Source: Octopus sinensis
Taxonomy: Eukaryota
DNA length: 64,000 nt
Reading direction: 5' to 3'
Assembly (NCBI RefSeq): GCF_006345805.1
Contig: NC_043006.1
Coordinates: 9,734,001-9,798,000 of the forward strand
Below are positions 36,961-52,008 of this stretch, one piece after another; position 1 is the first letter of the stretch, and the number at the start of each line of letters is the position of its first letter. The position numbers were made by a program, and so were the translations under genes. The notes below the pieces were generated by a model. It worked only from the letters and a program-made list of their open reading frames with translations, made no database searches and was not told the origin of the DNA.

Positions 36961-39724
36961 CCGTGTGTGTTCAATAATTGAAACAAATACAAGATAAAAT
37001 ATAAAACGCATAGAGCGAGTTCTTTATTATCTTAACCATTTCGTACGTGTGTCGCTGTGTTATTGGTGTCATGATCATTACACGACGATGTTCATGTTTA
37101 TATGTTTCCCAAAAGGTTCCATTATTATGTCTATTTATTCAATGTGAGATTTTGATGTATAGAGGGATGAAAAGCAATTTCTTTTCCCCGACAAACAACA
37201 TCTCTCATAATAGGTTGGTGCTGACAAGCTATGAAGATTCTTTGATGGATAAAAATCTTAGTCTGGATCGTTCGATATAGCCTTTATTCGTGTCATTATA
37301 AAATATTTTTAGACCAAGCTAAAACTTATAAGAGTAGGTGTAAAAATAATATAAATATAAAATAACATACAATGTTTTTATTTACCTTCAAATTCCGATT
37401 GATTTTTCTTTTACACATATTACGAATATTCAACACAGTGTTGTAGTAAAAACAAGTATATTTCTAATTATTTGGGACGTCGCCGAAATATTTTCTATGT
37501 GACCCTGTACTAGTGTTAGAATATCCGTCGCAGGCACTCGGGCAGTGTCTCCAAAGTATAACATCTGCGTAATTGAAAGGTTTTAAATTAATACAAGTAT
37601 AATTCGTTTAAAATTATCTCCGTTTTACGGGTCACCGAGCATGCGTTCTCGAGGTTGTTCGGCCTACCGAGAAATAAACACCGAATTATTCACTAATCAC
37701 TTCCAAGTGTCTTACAAAACGTAGGTCACATGTTTCAGAAAGAAAACGACTGAGGTCTACTACTGGATCAATTTGATATTTAGTGATATTTCATCAGGTT
37801 AAACTACAACATTACAGATAATACGATACGTATTTTACCTCTCATATATCATGTTAGATTCCAATTATTAGATTTCAAGCAACGAATGAGATCATTGAAA
37901 ATATATTTATAATTCGATATCAATTATATGATAAAGTTATATTATATTCTTATCACACTACACAATATGTAGCCAACACGACCTTCCGTATATTTATCAT
38001 TTAAACAATTCCAACAGAAATACATTACCATCTCAGTATGAACTTCAAGCGATTAATATCAATAATAATCCCAGTATCACGAAACATTTTAATTTCAAGG
38101 CGATAAATGTGCATGCGTGTATATGTGTGTGTATGTGTGTGTTTTTGTGTGTTTGTGCGTGTGTACATTATTTTTCATAAAATTCTCTCATACGTTACTT
38201 TAAATTATTAATGTTCCCCAGTTGTGTAGCATGGGAGCTATCTGATTCACTGATTTCAGAGAGATCGGTTTTACGTGGAACATTCTCTGCTTGCCCGTAA
38301 GTATTTTTCTAAAAGTTTTCGACCGACCCATTGTTGTATACTGAACAGTATTACCAAGACGTACATCAATTTCCACTTGATGAGTCACAGCCAAAGCAAC
38401 GAAAAGATAATCTAATTTCACGGCAACGTAGAACATGAAAATGAAGTTTTAATCAGAATATTCCGATTTCTCTCCCGCTGCATTTCTTTCATATAGAAAT
38501 CTGTCAGATGTCACAGTAATTCCTACTTCCTTTCATAGCTTTCTTAGCACTCAGTGGTACAATGGGTAAAAATGTTTCCACTACTACGTCGAAGTAAGAC
38601 AGACTCTCCGAAGTACACCATAATTTTACACACACGCATATACTCATACATGCTTGCACATGCATGAGTGCATATATATACTAGCTGAATAGCCTGTCTT
38701 TGCCAGGCAATTTTTACAATAAATATTTATTCCATACCAGTGCATGCCTTTGTCCAGTAATAGGCTTCTTAACTAGGACAGATTTGTGCAATTTTTCACC
38801 AAAAAACTTCGTTGAGGTTTTTTCCTTTTTTAAATCTCTTACATGTCGTTTCGACCCTTTCACATGACTTCAATCGTTAACACTTCAGAAGTTCTTACAA
38901 CTTTTGTCATCATAAGGATTTGCTTTCGTTTGTTTAATAAAATTTCCTCGTCATGCTTTCATTTCGTGATAGACAGCGATCATGCAGAAAATACCAGCTT
39001 ACAAATCTTGTTTTTTGATTAGGTAAAATTTATTAAACTTTAACCCTTCAGTAGCATTTTTATGCAACATTTCTGGAACAAATAGATATCTAACAACACC
39101 GGATGTAACGTGGAAAATTATTTCAATATACCAAATTTAGAAATGTTAACGTAATTTTAAAATGTCGCAGTATGTGACAGCAACACGAAAGACCCTACAA
39201 AAGAAGAGTAACAGACAGTTATAGGACGTCAAACACATACACAAACACAAACACATACACACATACCCACGCACATTTACAAACGTACATACAGGTAATC
39301 ACGAGTTTAAAATGGCGTATAATAGACATATCCATCTATGTATGTATACATGTATGTATGTGTGTGTTGTATCTATGTATTTACGAAAGTGTGTATGCAG
39401 CGTCATGTGTGTATGACAATTTTACGGACAGCGGTGTCATTCTATTGACGCCGCTGTTATCGCCTTTACTGATATAAGACACCCTCTCTCTCTTACTACC
39501 TTACCTCAAACTAATACTGTTTGCAACCTTTTAATTTTATCATAAAAGTTGCCCAAAGGTCCTGGGCTGGGGCACATTATAGTTTATTATCGATATCCTA
39601 TTAGTCTCTTATTGAACGGAATGTCAATGTATTATCTATTCCAAGTTTCATGAATATTAGTTCGCTGGTTTAGGCACTAAGGTGGTAACAGTTAGACAGA
39701 CAGACAGAAATTGCCATTTATATA

Positions 39725-40473
39725 CAGGCTGGGTGAAAAGTAAGGATGTATTAAAAATTGGTAATAAAATCCATATTTCCTTTACAAATTTAGTGAAACA
39801 AATGATACATGTTCTTATATTGGAAAATGAAAGTAAAACTTCATATTTCAGTACAAGCACCGGTGGCTTCAACCTGTTTCCTCAAACGACAAGGCATGGA
39901 GTGAACAACCTTCTGAAGGACATCGTAAGGGATATCAGAGAGAAACTCCTGAATATGTGTCTCTAAGTCATCCAGTGTGTGAGGCTTTGTCTTGTACATC
40001 ACCTCGTTGCTGTAACTCCACAAATAACAATCACGTGGAATGAGATATGGACTTGTTAGACTAATGGACTTCTGCGGCCACAGTTTTTCAGGTTTTAGCT
40101 CATGCAAGTAATGGAGTTTCCACGGACGAAAATTCAATTCTTTATACGACTCAGTACATATTTTGTGTCTTATTAGTTCACTTTCACGAGCTGCTTCACG
40201 TAATGAATTTTGGGTGGGTGAGATTAAACATTTCCTGCACAGTGCCACGATATCCCCTGATCAGGATGTGGTTGGATGGTCATTTTTTCTTGCGTCGTTC
40301 ACTAAGCCCGTGGCCATCAGCATTACATGACAAATTGTTATTGTCTCTGGACGTGGTCTTTCATGCATACCTTTCCATGCAAGCCACCATCTCTGAAGAA
40401 AAACAATGGAATTTCGCACTTAATAGCGTGCTGCTATCTTAGCTTCCTCCTGAAGAGTCAAGCGACCAGCCAT
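39725..40473 (-). mobile_element. Decayed Tc1/mariner element with central catalytic region deleted
   Basis: ATG at 40471-40473 begins MAGRLTLQEEAKIAARY*; FRPWKLHY joined to LTSPYLIPRDCYLWSY...KPHTLDDLETHI; TA|CAGGCTGGGTG terminus at 39723-39735. Confidence 0.75.
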
Positions 40474-40762
40474 CTAGAAAATAAGAAATCCCCATGAGTG
40501 CTTGTTTAAAAAATGTTTTCGTCATGACTTCACTGATACTAACAATAAGCGACTTCTAATGCTTGGTTACTCTACGTGGATATTCATTATAGTAATACCT
40601 TTGCGTTTGCCTTCATGTGGGTGTATATAAATATCCCGTTTATTTCCTTAAGTATGCATTGCTGACGACGAAATGTTAGTCTAATCCAGAAATTGATCAA
40701 TCACGAATAGATCTACATTATATACTGGCCACTGATAAAATCTTTAACGATTGTATCCTTTA

Positions 40763-41132
40763 CTAGCAGTATCACCCGGCGTTGCTTTAGAATTGGGATT
40801 TTTGAAAAGTAAACATTTTGCATTATGTAGCTTGTTATTCTCTTTAAGTGAACATTTTTCTGGTTGAAATACACGAAAAAAGGCGACAGTCCAAAAATCG
40901 TAAAAAAATAGGGATTTTCATAGAAAAAAGCACCTTTTTGATGTAAATAATTTTTGGTGTTAACATGGTCCGACTTGAATTGTTTCCTCTACGAAAGGAA
41001 GAGCAAGCCTTCTTCTATCATACTCTCAATTTTGGTCAACTTGCGCCGCAGGGTCTCGGAGGAGGTAGTGTTAGTTGAAGGCTACCAAACCTGTCACACA
41101 CACAGAGATACCTTCAGTTTTATATGTATAGA
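40763..41132 (-). mobile_element. Non-autonomous Helitron (same family as 24907-25270)
   Basis: Minus strand A|TCTATACATATAAAA 5' end and CTAG|T 3' end; hairpin partly deleted. Confidence 0.78.
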
Positions 41133-42504
41133 TAATTGGTATGTGTTCACAAAGTCCAAACGATTAATACGAAAAAACCCTCCAGGCTACATCCGGAAAA
41201 TTCATTTCTTTGCCGGACTTCTACAATGTTTACGGCGATTCGTTTTTATATCTTGATTTTTTTTTTATTTTTCATGCAATTTACGCATGCTTGCACGCGT
41301 GGTGAACACAGTTCACGTCAAACAGCTGACTGGGTAAAGTTTACTATTCAATGCATGGGATAAGGCCTAAACAAACACATTATCGATATTTTCACCTGCG
41401 AGATGAATTTCGGAACAGAAATAGCGCAGTTCAATTTTGATTCGCCAAAACATTAAGTGACCCACTTTTGGTGGCCCTACGATTTGTTGGCAAGGAGATG
41501 TGCCGGGAAGTTAAACACACAGACACACACACACACAGATACACACACAGATACACACAAGTCGAGTTTTATATATATAGATATTTATTTTTATAATTCA
41601 ATTATTTCCATTCACTTCAGGACGGTTTAGTTATTTCTCCACTACTTTGGCCAATATACAAATGTTCTTAGGTAGACTACGAAATTCGAAGCGGATGTAT
41701 TTGTGGTATTAGTATGTAATCATAGATTTGTGTCATCTTTTCTGGGGATATGTAAAAAATCTCCTTTATTTCCGTAAGTATGCCTTGCTGATTAAGAAAT
41801 GTTATTAACCTAACCCAGAAGTTGATCAATCCAAGGCTATCTAATTTCTGAATTTCTGCGAGCATACTCCCTCGATTTCTATACTATAAAATTGATAATT
41901 TTAAATGGTTTACCGATTTTGAGTCTACTTTCAGCATAAGCATAGTCTCCTCTATGCATTTAATTATTATTGTATTTTATACTATTGTAAATTACTATAT
42001 ATGAATTCACATTAATATGTCGATATTAAACGCTGGCCACTGATAAAATCTTAACGCCACCAAAATTGAATAAAATTATCGTTAAAGGCATGAAACAGTA
42101 ATTCACAATATGTGAGTTATTCATTCGTTCCTTTGTTGTGCGTTTATACCCTCTTTGTAATGTTGGCAAATGAAATAAGTATAAGAATGTGCATTGTCCG
42201 TTTACCTGAAAAATTCTGTATGTGGCTGAAGATTGCTCGACATTTTAAAGCCGATGTAATACTTACAATGTTTAATAAAATGAAGTAGCATGACACGATT
42301 GTACTACACTACCTTGGATATCCTTGTGCTTATTTTCATTATAATCACACCATTTGATTTATATGGTTAATACCATACAAAATTCTGGTGCCTTTAACTC
42401 AAGTACCATATTCATCTGAATCTACCTTTTGATGAACTTATATATATATACAAACACGCACACACACACATATATATGTATATATACATGTACCTACACA
42501 TACA

Positions 42505-42540
<36 letters not shown>

Positions 42541-42543
<3 letters not shown>

Positions 42544-43750
42544 TAATAAATAAAATATATTATATGCATACATACAAACATATATGTACGTACTGACATC
42601 TACATGTATATATACATGCATATAAAAATATATATATACGTACAGGACACCACAAGAAGACGTAAAAATCAACAGAAACGAAAACGGAAAAGCCATTTGT
42701 TACAACAGAAGGACAGAGACGTGGAACAAGACGAAACGAAAACGGGAAAAACAATTATGTGCAGCAGAAAATCGAAGTACAGGACATGCTGCACAAGGAA
42801 AAATCCCCTTCACCAGCTGTCGCTAGCAGACACGTGTTTCGAAGGCAGAGAAAGATCACGTATGGCCATGCTAGGCCTTCCTACGAGAGAATTAAAATAA
42901 AATAACCTCGTAGAGGGGTGTAAAACGAGCAAGAAATAAATGTAACACAAAAAGGGACGTAACAAAGAACTGCACAAAAAAATACATACAAGAAAAAATA
43001 ATACAAAATTAAAGATACATGTACAAGAAAATACGTAACGAGAATTAAATTACAATACGAGAAATCAAAAATAAACAAGAGAACAAACGAAAAAGACGAA
43101 CAAAGGCCTTTGTTCTGGCGGGGACGAGAAAGTAACTGGCGAGCGCTGGGAAACATGACCTTACGGCGTGAAGGCAACAGGGGAAAGAATTAGCAGTGAC
43201 GAAAGTGAGGAGGAGTGGGAGAGAGAGAGAAAGACAGATAGAGGAAGACACAGGCTAGAGAGAAGGGTGAGACAGAGAGAGCAAGAGAGAGAGAGAGGGG
43301 GGAATGTAAAGCAAAGGGAGAGAGTTTCCGATCATTGTAGTAAACTGTAAAAACGAACGAGGAGGAGAGAGACGGAACGAAGTGAGAATTCGAAAAATCG
43401 AAAATTCAAACGAACCTGACGCGAAGCGCTGTCAGACAATAGTGTAATAAATAAAATATATGCATACATACAAACATATATGTACGTACCGACATCTACA
43501 TGTATATATACATGCATATAAATATATATATATACGTACAGGACACCACAAGAAGACGTAAAAATCAACAGAAATGAAAACGGAAAAGCCATTTGTTACA
43601 ACAGAAGGACATAGACGTGGAACAAGACGAAACAAAAACGGGAAAAACAATTATGTGCAGCAGAAAATCGAAGTACAGGACATGCTGCACAAGGAAAAAT
43701 CCCCTTCATCAGCTGTCGCTAGCAGACACGTGTTTCGAAGGCAGAGACAG
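42541..43750 (-). mobile_element. Non-coding element with ~310-bp direct repeats flanking ~590 bp; hammerhead half-motifs in each repeat
   Basis: 42541-42850 ~ 43442-43748; minus strand CCTTC-GAAAC-ACGT-GTC...CAG-CTGATGA-AGGGG; no ORF. Confidence 0.75.
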
Positions 43751-46700
43751 AAATCAAAAATAATATACATTCATACATATATACATATATACCTACGGGT
43801 ATCTCTTTTGTGTTTGAACGTACACTGTATTCTTCTCTGAATAACGTATAGTCTATTGACTAATTTTTTCTGTCTCGCTAGACCACTGGTAACTAAGAAT
43901 TTTTCTATGAATTTTCTTGCTACCCCAAGATTTTAATACATATATATATATATATATCATGCTAGAGGTAGATGGATATATGGGTAAAGCAACTGATTGG
44001 CATGTTTTGCGGTGTAGCCCTTAGAGGTTATCTGAACTAAGCTCTCATGCCTCTGGCCAAATATATTTCCGATTGCGAAAACCCAGTTCTTTGAAATTTA
44101 ATAGTGAGCTCTATGAAGCACATGCCATTTGTAGACCGGTTGAGCATGGAATGGTTGCCTAGTTATTCATGACCCTATGGTCTGCTGCAGTGTTTATACA
44201 CAATCACAAAAACAGGCAGAGAACACTTAATCACGCAAGTTGTTAAGCACGTGCGTGAAAAGAAATTAGCATAGTGTCAGATATATGTGTATAAAATAAT
44301 GTTTCTAAGGAGTAAACGGTTTATTTTACCCTTTGAATCTACAATTTTACTTCTTATGTTACTTGGATGTAAATTGTATAAACTGGGCGAAAGTGAAAAC
44401 AAAGTAGTATTGAATTACGGCAAGCATCAGATAACAAACATCTTTTGCTTAATGCAATTTTTCTTATCATTGACTATTTTTGGCATTAGTTCGGCAGTAA
44501 TATACAATAGTATATTAAGATAAAACGCTCATTTTCAACCGAGTACTGCATCTATTTCTTTAAGTTAGAAAATTTCCTCGGGTATTTAGCATTGTTTATT
44601 TCCAAAGAAAGAATTAAAACGACAAAAGCAGTGTTCTTATGTATAACATCAGTATTTACGTTAGCTAGTTATAAAAAAAGGTCCGTCTACAGCATTGTTA
44701 GCAAACAATGTGACTGTTACAATGTGAGGTTGAAAGTTCTTGAGGCCATCTTATAACGGTGAGCTGGACCTGTGCCCTGTATTGTGTGAAAATTGGCAAT
44801 TTTCATTTCAAACGAAGCCAGTCTCAATTTAATGCAAAGTACAGACTATTCGATCGATACCTATTGTTTTTCTTTTTTTTCTATAATATATATATATATA
44901 TATATTTGTTCTTTGTAGTTTCTTTTGAATTCTTTTCTTTCCAATGACGTATTGTCTGTGAAAACATTAATCAACAAAAACTTATTGATGTTAGAAACCC
45001 CGGTGATTCAATGATATGAACCTTACACAAGAGAATACTATTTATATCATGGATGATAACAATCTGAAATTAATTCCAGAGAATATTTTCCACTCATCTG
45101 CTACATATGAAATGATTTTATTAACGTATACATTATTTTTGTGTCTTAGTGAAACGTATTGTAAATTGCACATGTCTATTGAAGAAGAAATGCTATGTTC
45201 TCACAAAAATAAATGTATCGATAATGTGCTATCGGTAGGAAATAATTAATACAACCATAGAAGGATAGAAAAATATAATTTTAGTCTCACATAATGTATT
45301 GCACAATAAACAAAGGTGAACGTGAAAAATATCAATATCGTTTCCAAACTAAGCATTCTATCGGTCCAATGGAAATGGATTCTTCTAATAATATGCTATT
45401 GCGTAAATACAATACGTAATAAATCATATATAATTGCAGATCTCACAACAGTAACACACTCACACAAACACACAAACACACAGACAGACAGACATATATA
45501 TATATATATATATATATATGGATAGATAGATAGATAGACATATGCAGATATATATACTTTTGTGCGCTTGTATGGATAGATGTGTAAGTATTCTCACAGT
45601 GAGTGCAAGACGTGTATGTACTTATAAATGTATAATAAAACACATACATTGATATATGTTGATGCATGACTAAACACATACACAAACGCACACACACCTG
45701 CGCTCGCGTGCGCATTCACACACGTAGATATTGATATACACGTTACTTTAAGGAATCTATATATAATTTAGAATTCAACGGTATTTCTCAAAAGTACACC
45801 TATTATTCAATATCTTATAATTAACACAGATATGTTGTTTATCCTTATTTTGTAAAGATTGCTTTATATCTTCATTGCAATAGGAGAGAATAGTAATTGC
45901 AATGTAAAATAGAAAGTAAAAATAATATAAAAAGAATACCAGAAACATATCTGCTTAATTGAATACATAAGTAATTAAATAAAAGAATGTTTATTCAGTA
46001 GTGTGAATTATGAAAGTTATTGTTTGGGTTACAATTCATATTATCGCAAAATTATATTCAGCTTTCAGCTACTTGCCAACGTCTAACCTCTATGAATTTA
46101 TTTCTGTTCGATACAACGAACAATTTTGCCTTTAAAAGAATGAAAACAGCTGTGATGAAAAGCTTAATGCATCCGCCCCACGTATTTTGCTTAGGGTTAG
46201 GATATGGCAACACATTCAACATCTATGCATTTATATGTGAACATAAATGACGTTTACAAAATGAGGTTAATAAAATAGGTTTTCAGACACTGAAAAATGT
46301 CAGCACCTGTGCTACAGAGATGGTCCAAACTTATGTCCAGCGACATTTGAACCAAAGCAATCGTGCATTTTTATTTTAAATATAATGTAGGCTGTAGGGA
46401 GGTTACGTTATTTTCTGGTAACGCATTATTGCTAATACCATCATGAAATTCAATTGAATAACCCGGAAGTAATTATCTAAAGGTTGGATGGAGCAACTTT
46501 TAATATACTGCAATCTAACATGCCCTAAGGAAAGATAGAATATGCTTGATTTCTTAAGCGAGCGCTCAATTATAGAAGACCTCTAATTATAATTAGAATA
46601 TTAATCTAGATGATATGTTTGAAATTAAAATTTCTAGATTCTTAAAATCGCACCATGTCCTCAAGGGTACGAATACCTGAAAACCGAACAAATTACTCTG

Positions 46701-47652
46701 GCGAATCATAACCAGGTGGACTTGTTTATGTATCAAACCCCAAATCCCAAGTTGCAAAAATAATCTCAGTTGGATATCAATGGGGAAAAAGAGGCACCTC
46801 TCTACGTGTTTGTAGTATATATCGAGTGTAGAATGAATTTTAAAAACAATATGGGTTTTAATTATTATATTATTTCAATTATTGTATTGTTTTTCATACT
46901 TCTCTTTTTCATTTTGAAGGTATATGAGTATCACAAATCACAAACCCATTATTAGAATGATTTCTCCAAATTTGAAAGTATTTCACTGTGTAAACATTAC
47001 ATTGCTATAAAGACCAGGTATAAATATATTCCTATGCTGTTTATCTGCATTTATGCATTATTGGAGAAGCACATATACTTATTTTCGTATTTAAAAAAAT
47101 CATTTCTGTAAGTCTATGTTGTGAAAAGTTTCTTTTCGGGAAACTTCTTTTCGATTAACAATAGAAATATAAAATTTCTAAATATCTCAGAGAGATATAA
47201 GCAGTGGTGGAACGATAGAGCAGTTGTATTTTCTATTTTTGGTGATCAGTGAATTTACTTCACAGAAATTATAGATATATATATGTTTATAAGATCTAGA
47301 CAGGTATCTTCAGCCAGCAGGCCATGCTACTCCAGACTGGTAACGAGCAAAGACTCGGAAACATGTTTCTGGCGGGGGGAGGGTTAGCTTGATGGGGGTG
47401 CTTGTCTCCCCTTTGTAAACATAAGGACACACAAAATGTGTCAAGGCCGTCAGGAAGCGTTGGTGTTTCCTAGGACTAAATAGTGGTGGTGTGATTCCCT
47501 TTATTGTGGAGTGTCACGTTCTTTTCGATTGTAATTATTCAATGATAGTGCAGTCGATTTGGCTTCGAAAGCATTGACACACACACATACACACGCACAC
47601 ACAGACCAACACACACATACACACACATACATCCACACATGCATGCACACAC

Positions 47653-47691
<39 letters not shown>

Positions 47692-49518
47692 TATATAAAC
47701 TTACACGCAGACACACGCACCTACATTACATACACGAATATATTAATATATATACTATATATGTAGTATATAAGGATATTAATAGCTACATATATGTGTG
47801 TGTGTGTCTGTCTGTGTGTAAAACATTTTTCACTAACTATCCCTAATTGTCGAAAAGTTTATAATTTATCATAATCCTATGGAAACTTTGTCCACTCCGC
47901 TGTGCTAAAGCGGTTTTCTCTAAATTAAGACCATATATTCAATGAGTATTATGTAAAACTATCTATAGCCCTGATACGATGGTAATAATAACCCTCAACA
48001 ACATATTTTATCTGAATTTCTGTTGATAAGGAAATTATTTTCTTATTTGTTGAACTAGACTAAATATTTAAGATAAATACCGTTTGAAAATGTCCGAAGG
48101 TGTCTATATGTTATTAGTGTTGTATAGTTAATCTCTCTGCTATGATTGTGGACATGAGCTTTAACAAAATGTTTTATATGAATTTCCGTTAATAATGAAA
48201 GTATTTTCTTATCTGTTTAAACTAGACAAAATATTTAAAAGCAATGCCGTTTTCAAAATGTTCTGAGGAATCTATTTATTATTAGAATTGTATAGTTAAT
48301 TCCTCTTCTCAACAAGCATTTCCTTAAGTATCAGAAATATCTCTAGTTGTTCATTAGGCACAAAATATATTCCCACATTTGCAAGGTACAGACGAAATTT
48401 AGTATCAATAAAATAATATTGTCAATCAAGTCAAAAAGGAGATAACGGACATGAGTCCTGTAATTTCATCAATTAAATATTAGATGCTGAGTTGAGAAAA
48501 TATCATTGTATAACTTGACAATGTTTTACTACAAATACCTCGGTGTTATCAATATTCCATATATGAACTGCACGATATCGTCGACTCATTCACTCAGACA
48601 TGGCAAAGACAACACTCCCTAAATTAAACTGGGCATGAAAAGTAGAGTGGCCGCGAATGATTTAAGTAAAACTTTATAAAACACGCGACTATGAAATTAT
48701 GTCGAATTAAATCTCGTCAATGAAAATATGAGATCTAAAATTAGACTCTGGAAAATAATAGGATACGTACCATTCCTTTCTCTTTAACTATTAAAAATAC
48801 CATAAGTAAACAATTTTTCGCATTACTAGATAAGAATTACCAATTAAACTATAAATTCAAGAAGATGAGTGTAAAAACTCATGCATCTGCTGCTCCAATA
48901 TGAAGAATATTATTATTGGCATGCGAAATCAAACACCCGCTCCTAGTTGTAACAATGGAAACATTGAAGCTTACCCGTACAATCAGGCAGACTTGGTTAT
49001 TTCAGTTGTTTATGAACCTGAAGTCAGTTCTCCACAATAATGGAATTCAAATGAAAAGTTGCTGCGGTTTATGTAAAGTTACTTAAAAAACCTGATACGC
49101 AAACAACCTATATTTTCTCCGGCACATGGCGGGGAATAAAGCCACATAATCGAATCTGAAGTGCAACTGCACATCACAATCAAACAAATGGAGCATCGTG
49201 GTGGAAATACACGCCATATGTAAATGAATCAAAAAAGAAAAAAAAAATGTAAGCTATGCGCTACCGAAAGTGCTCACAATAACTCTTAATTCAAGAATTA
49301 CATCACGCTTCTTAATCTCAGATGCGAAATTTTAGTGAATGCAAGCAAATGCACAGTTCGGGTGGTGATTTTCTTTTTCCGTCGAACTGGAGAACATCTT
49401 CCTCTTAAGATTGAGCATGCTGTCTCACAGACTTTGGTCTCTTCCCCGGTAACTTATTCTACGCTTGCTATATTATAATTCTGACTGATCATGCAGATTT
49501 AAATATAGGGTATTTTTT

Positions 49519-49885
49519 ATATATGATTTCACTGCAAATGTCTAACTTACCAATTTAACCAATGAATAGTTTCTCCGTGTTTTGAGACACCCATCATCAT
49601 CATCGTCGGGCGAAATGAGTAGCCGTATTTCGTCTGCCGTTACGTTCTGAGTTCAAATTTCGCCGAGGTCGATTTTGCCTTTCATCCTTTCGGGGTCGAT
49701 AAATAAAGTACTAGTTACGCACTGGGGTCAGTATAATCGACTTAATCCGTTTGTATGTCCTTGTGTGTCCCTTCTGTGTGTATCCCCTTGTGGGTAGTAA
49801 AGAAATAGATATTTCGTCTGCCCCTACGTTCTGAATTCAAATTCCGCCGAGGTCGATTTTGCCTTTCATCCTTTCGGGGTTGATT
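49519..49885. repeat. Local rearranged copy of the 56290-56713 region
   Basis: 49519-49604 = 56629-56713 (direct, 2 mismatches); 49604-49885 = reverse complement of 56290-56571 (about 8 mismatches). Confidence 0.9.
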
Positions 49886-52008
49886 CTTTCTTTTATTTCC
49901 TTTTCCGTTTGTATTTAATCTATATTTTCTCTCTTCGCGTTTTCCACTCCAGTTTTTCCAGTAATGGCTTACTTGCTTTTTCTCGTGTCTCCTCATAGAC
50001 CAGTGTTTTTGTTCTCAGTTTTTTTTTAAATAAGATCACCCTGGTTATGTATTCGAAAGATTGCTTTGAAACACAATACAGGAAATATAAAGCTAATGAA
50101 ATATTGTGTTCACAGTGCACCAATGTATTTGTAGCTCATATCTAAAAACTGTAGATATCAATCTATCAGTTTTGTTTGAAATCACACTTCATCTTCTCAA
50201 ATATTAACATACAGCATAATCGTACTGACACCTACAAACCTCTCAGTTATGTCTCGATCACGAAGTAAATCATGATTGCATACCTACAGCATTTTTACTC
50301 CAATAATTTTGAGTATAAATTTTTTTCTGGATTTATCATGTTATCTGTTGACAAAAGTTTGAATTTCGGAATATTTATGAATAAAATTATTTATGAAAAA
50401 CGATTCGAAAATAAAACATTCAAAAACGAAAAATATTTAAAAATCTTTCGTTAATGCATTCGGAATAAAAATGTTATCTAATTGTCTTAATCTTTAAGAA
50501 AATCTAATCACGACAATGACTTTTAATTTTTTATTTGTTTCTCTTTTTTTTGTTACCATGAATTCTACGTTTCTCACTTTCAGCAACACTTTTAATATTT
50601 CGTTGGTCACTTTAGGCTATTAAAGTTTAGTAATTAAATTAACAAATTACTCTTCGATTTTATTTCTCTTTTTCAAAGATTTAAAATTTATCCTCAGAAA
50701 ATTTTTACGAATAAATTGTAGCAAATATTTTGTGTTATATAATTAGCTGAAACAACGGAATTTAAGCAAACATGGCTGAGATTTTAAGATGTTCGAGTGT
50801 CAATCACATATTTTCGTGTTCGAATCAAAAGAAGTACTGGGGTTGACGATTTACCCAGTCCCAAAAATTGCTGGCTTTGTGCCAGAATCTGAGACCCATA
50901 TATGCCTTGAATTTGAAATGAGGTGTATCAGTACGTAAACGAAAATATTTTTTAATTCGTAGAGAAATGCAATGAGAGGGAAGATACGCTGCACTCTTAT
51001 TAAAAATGTATTCAGTGATTTTCAAAAAGTTTGGTATCAGTTAATTTTGGTATCATTAAATTTATTATCAGTTAATTTTTGGATCGGTTAATGTTCTTGA
51101 TGTACGAATGCACTGGTATGCTTTTTAGACTAATATAGGTCTGCCCAACTATATATTAAATTTAAATGTTAATTTAGTAATAATATCCCTGTACTCAGAA
51201 AATTGTTTCTAACTGCTGGGGGTAAAGAAAATATTAACCTGAAAAAAAAAAACAAAGTAGTTTATCCCAATATTGTCCATCAATAGTACCTATTGATGGA
51301 AACATGTGGTCTACTAACAAAAGTAATATGCACTAAAGTAGTTTACACTTAATTTCATCAGAGACGCAGATACTTTTATTTGGCAGAATCGGTTTTTACA
51401 TAACGCTGAAATACATATAAAATGTATCTGCATACGTATGGAATAGTGAAAAAATAATCTGCTATATTCATTCTCATGTGCTACACATATTCGAGTATGC
51501 TACTGTAAACTTTTTAGTCTTGATCAGTCCGCGCTTCCACAGGTCTTAGAAAAGCCACAACTTTTACAGAAAAGAGTATATAAAGATTACTTCTTTAAAG
51601 ACCGTATAATTGCATATCTCAGAGCATGATTAAGAAATCAAAAACAGAGCCAGTCTCAGTGAAATTACAGATGAAATTAGTTGTCCACTACGTGGTAGAG
51701 AAGTTTGACCAGGTCCAGTATTCGGCTGCGGGGGTATCATATTACTAGTTAATCTAGATACATTTAATTGTATATGAATACAAGACACCTCTTCATTTGT
51801 TGCAACTCTTCCAAAATAATTTGTCTTTAGAAAGACATGTGGCAAACAGATCACCCAAAACAATTGAGTAATGGTGCAATGTAAAAAAGGATGACGCGGT
51901 CATAGACGTATCTACCTTATCGCCAAACTTTCCCTACTACTTCTGTACTTTCTTTTCAAGTATTATTATCCTTGCATTGGAAATACCAATAACATGTCTG
52001 CATATATA

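Noticed and set aside
40726-42053. 20-bp match CTGGCCACTGATAAAATCTT at two sites
   Set aside because: Too short to assign; not positioned as a TSD of any recognised element.
45016-45249. ORF containing NNLKLIPENIF, superficially leucine-rich-repeat-like
   Set aside because: Single partial motif, no repetition, remainder low-complexity AT-rich translation.
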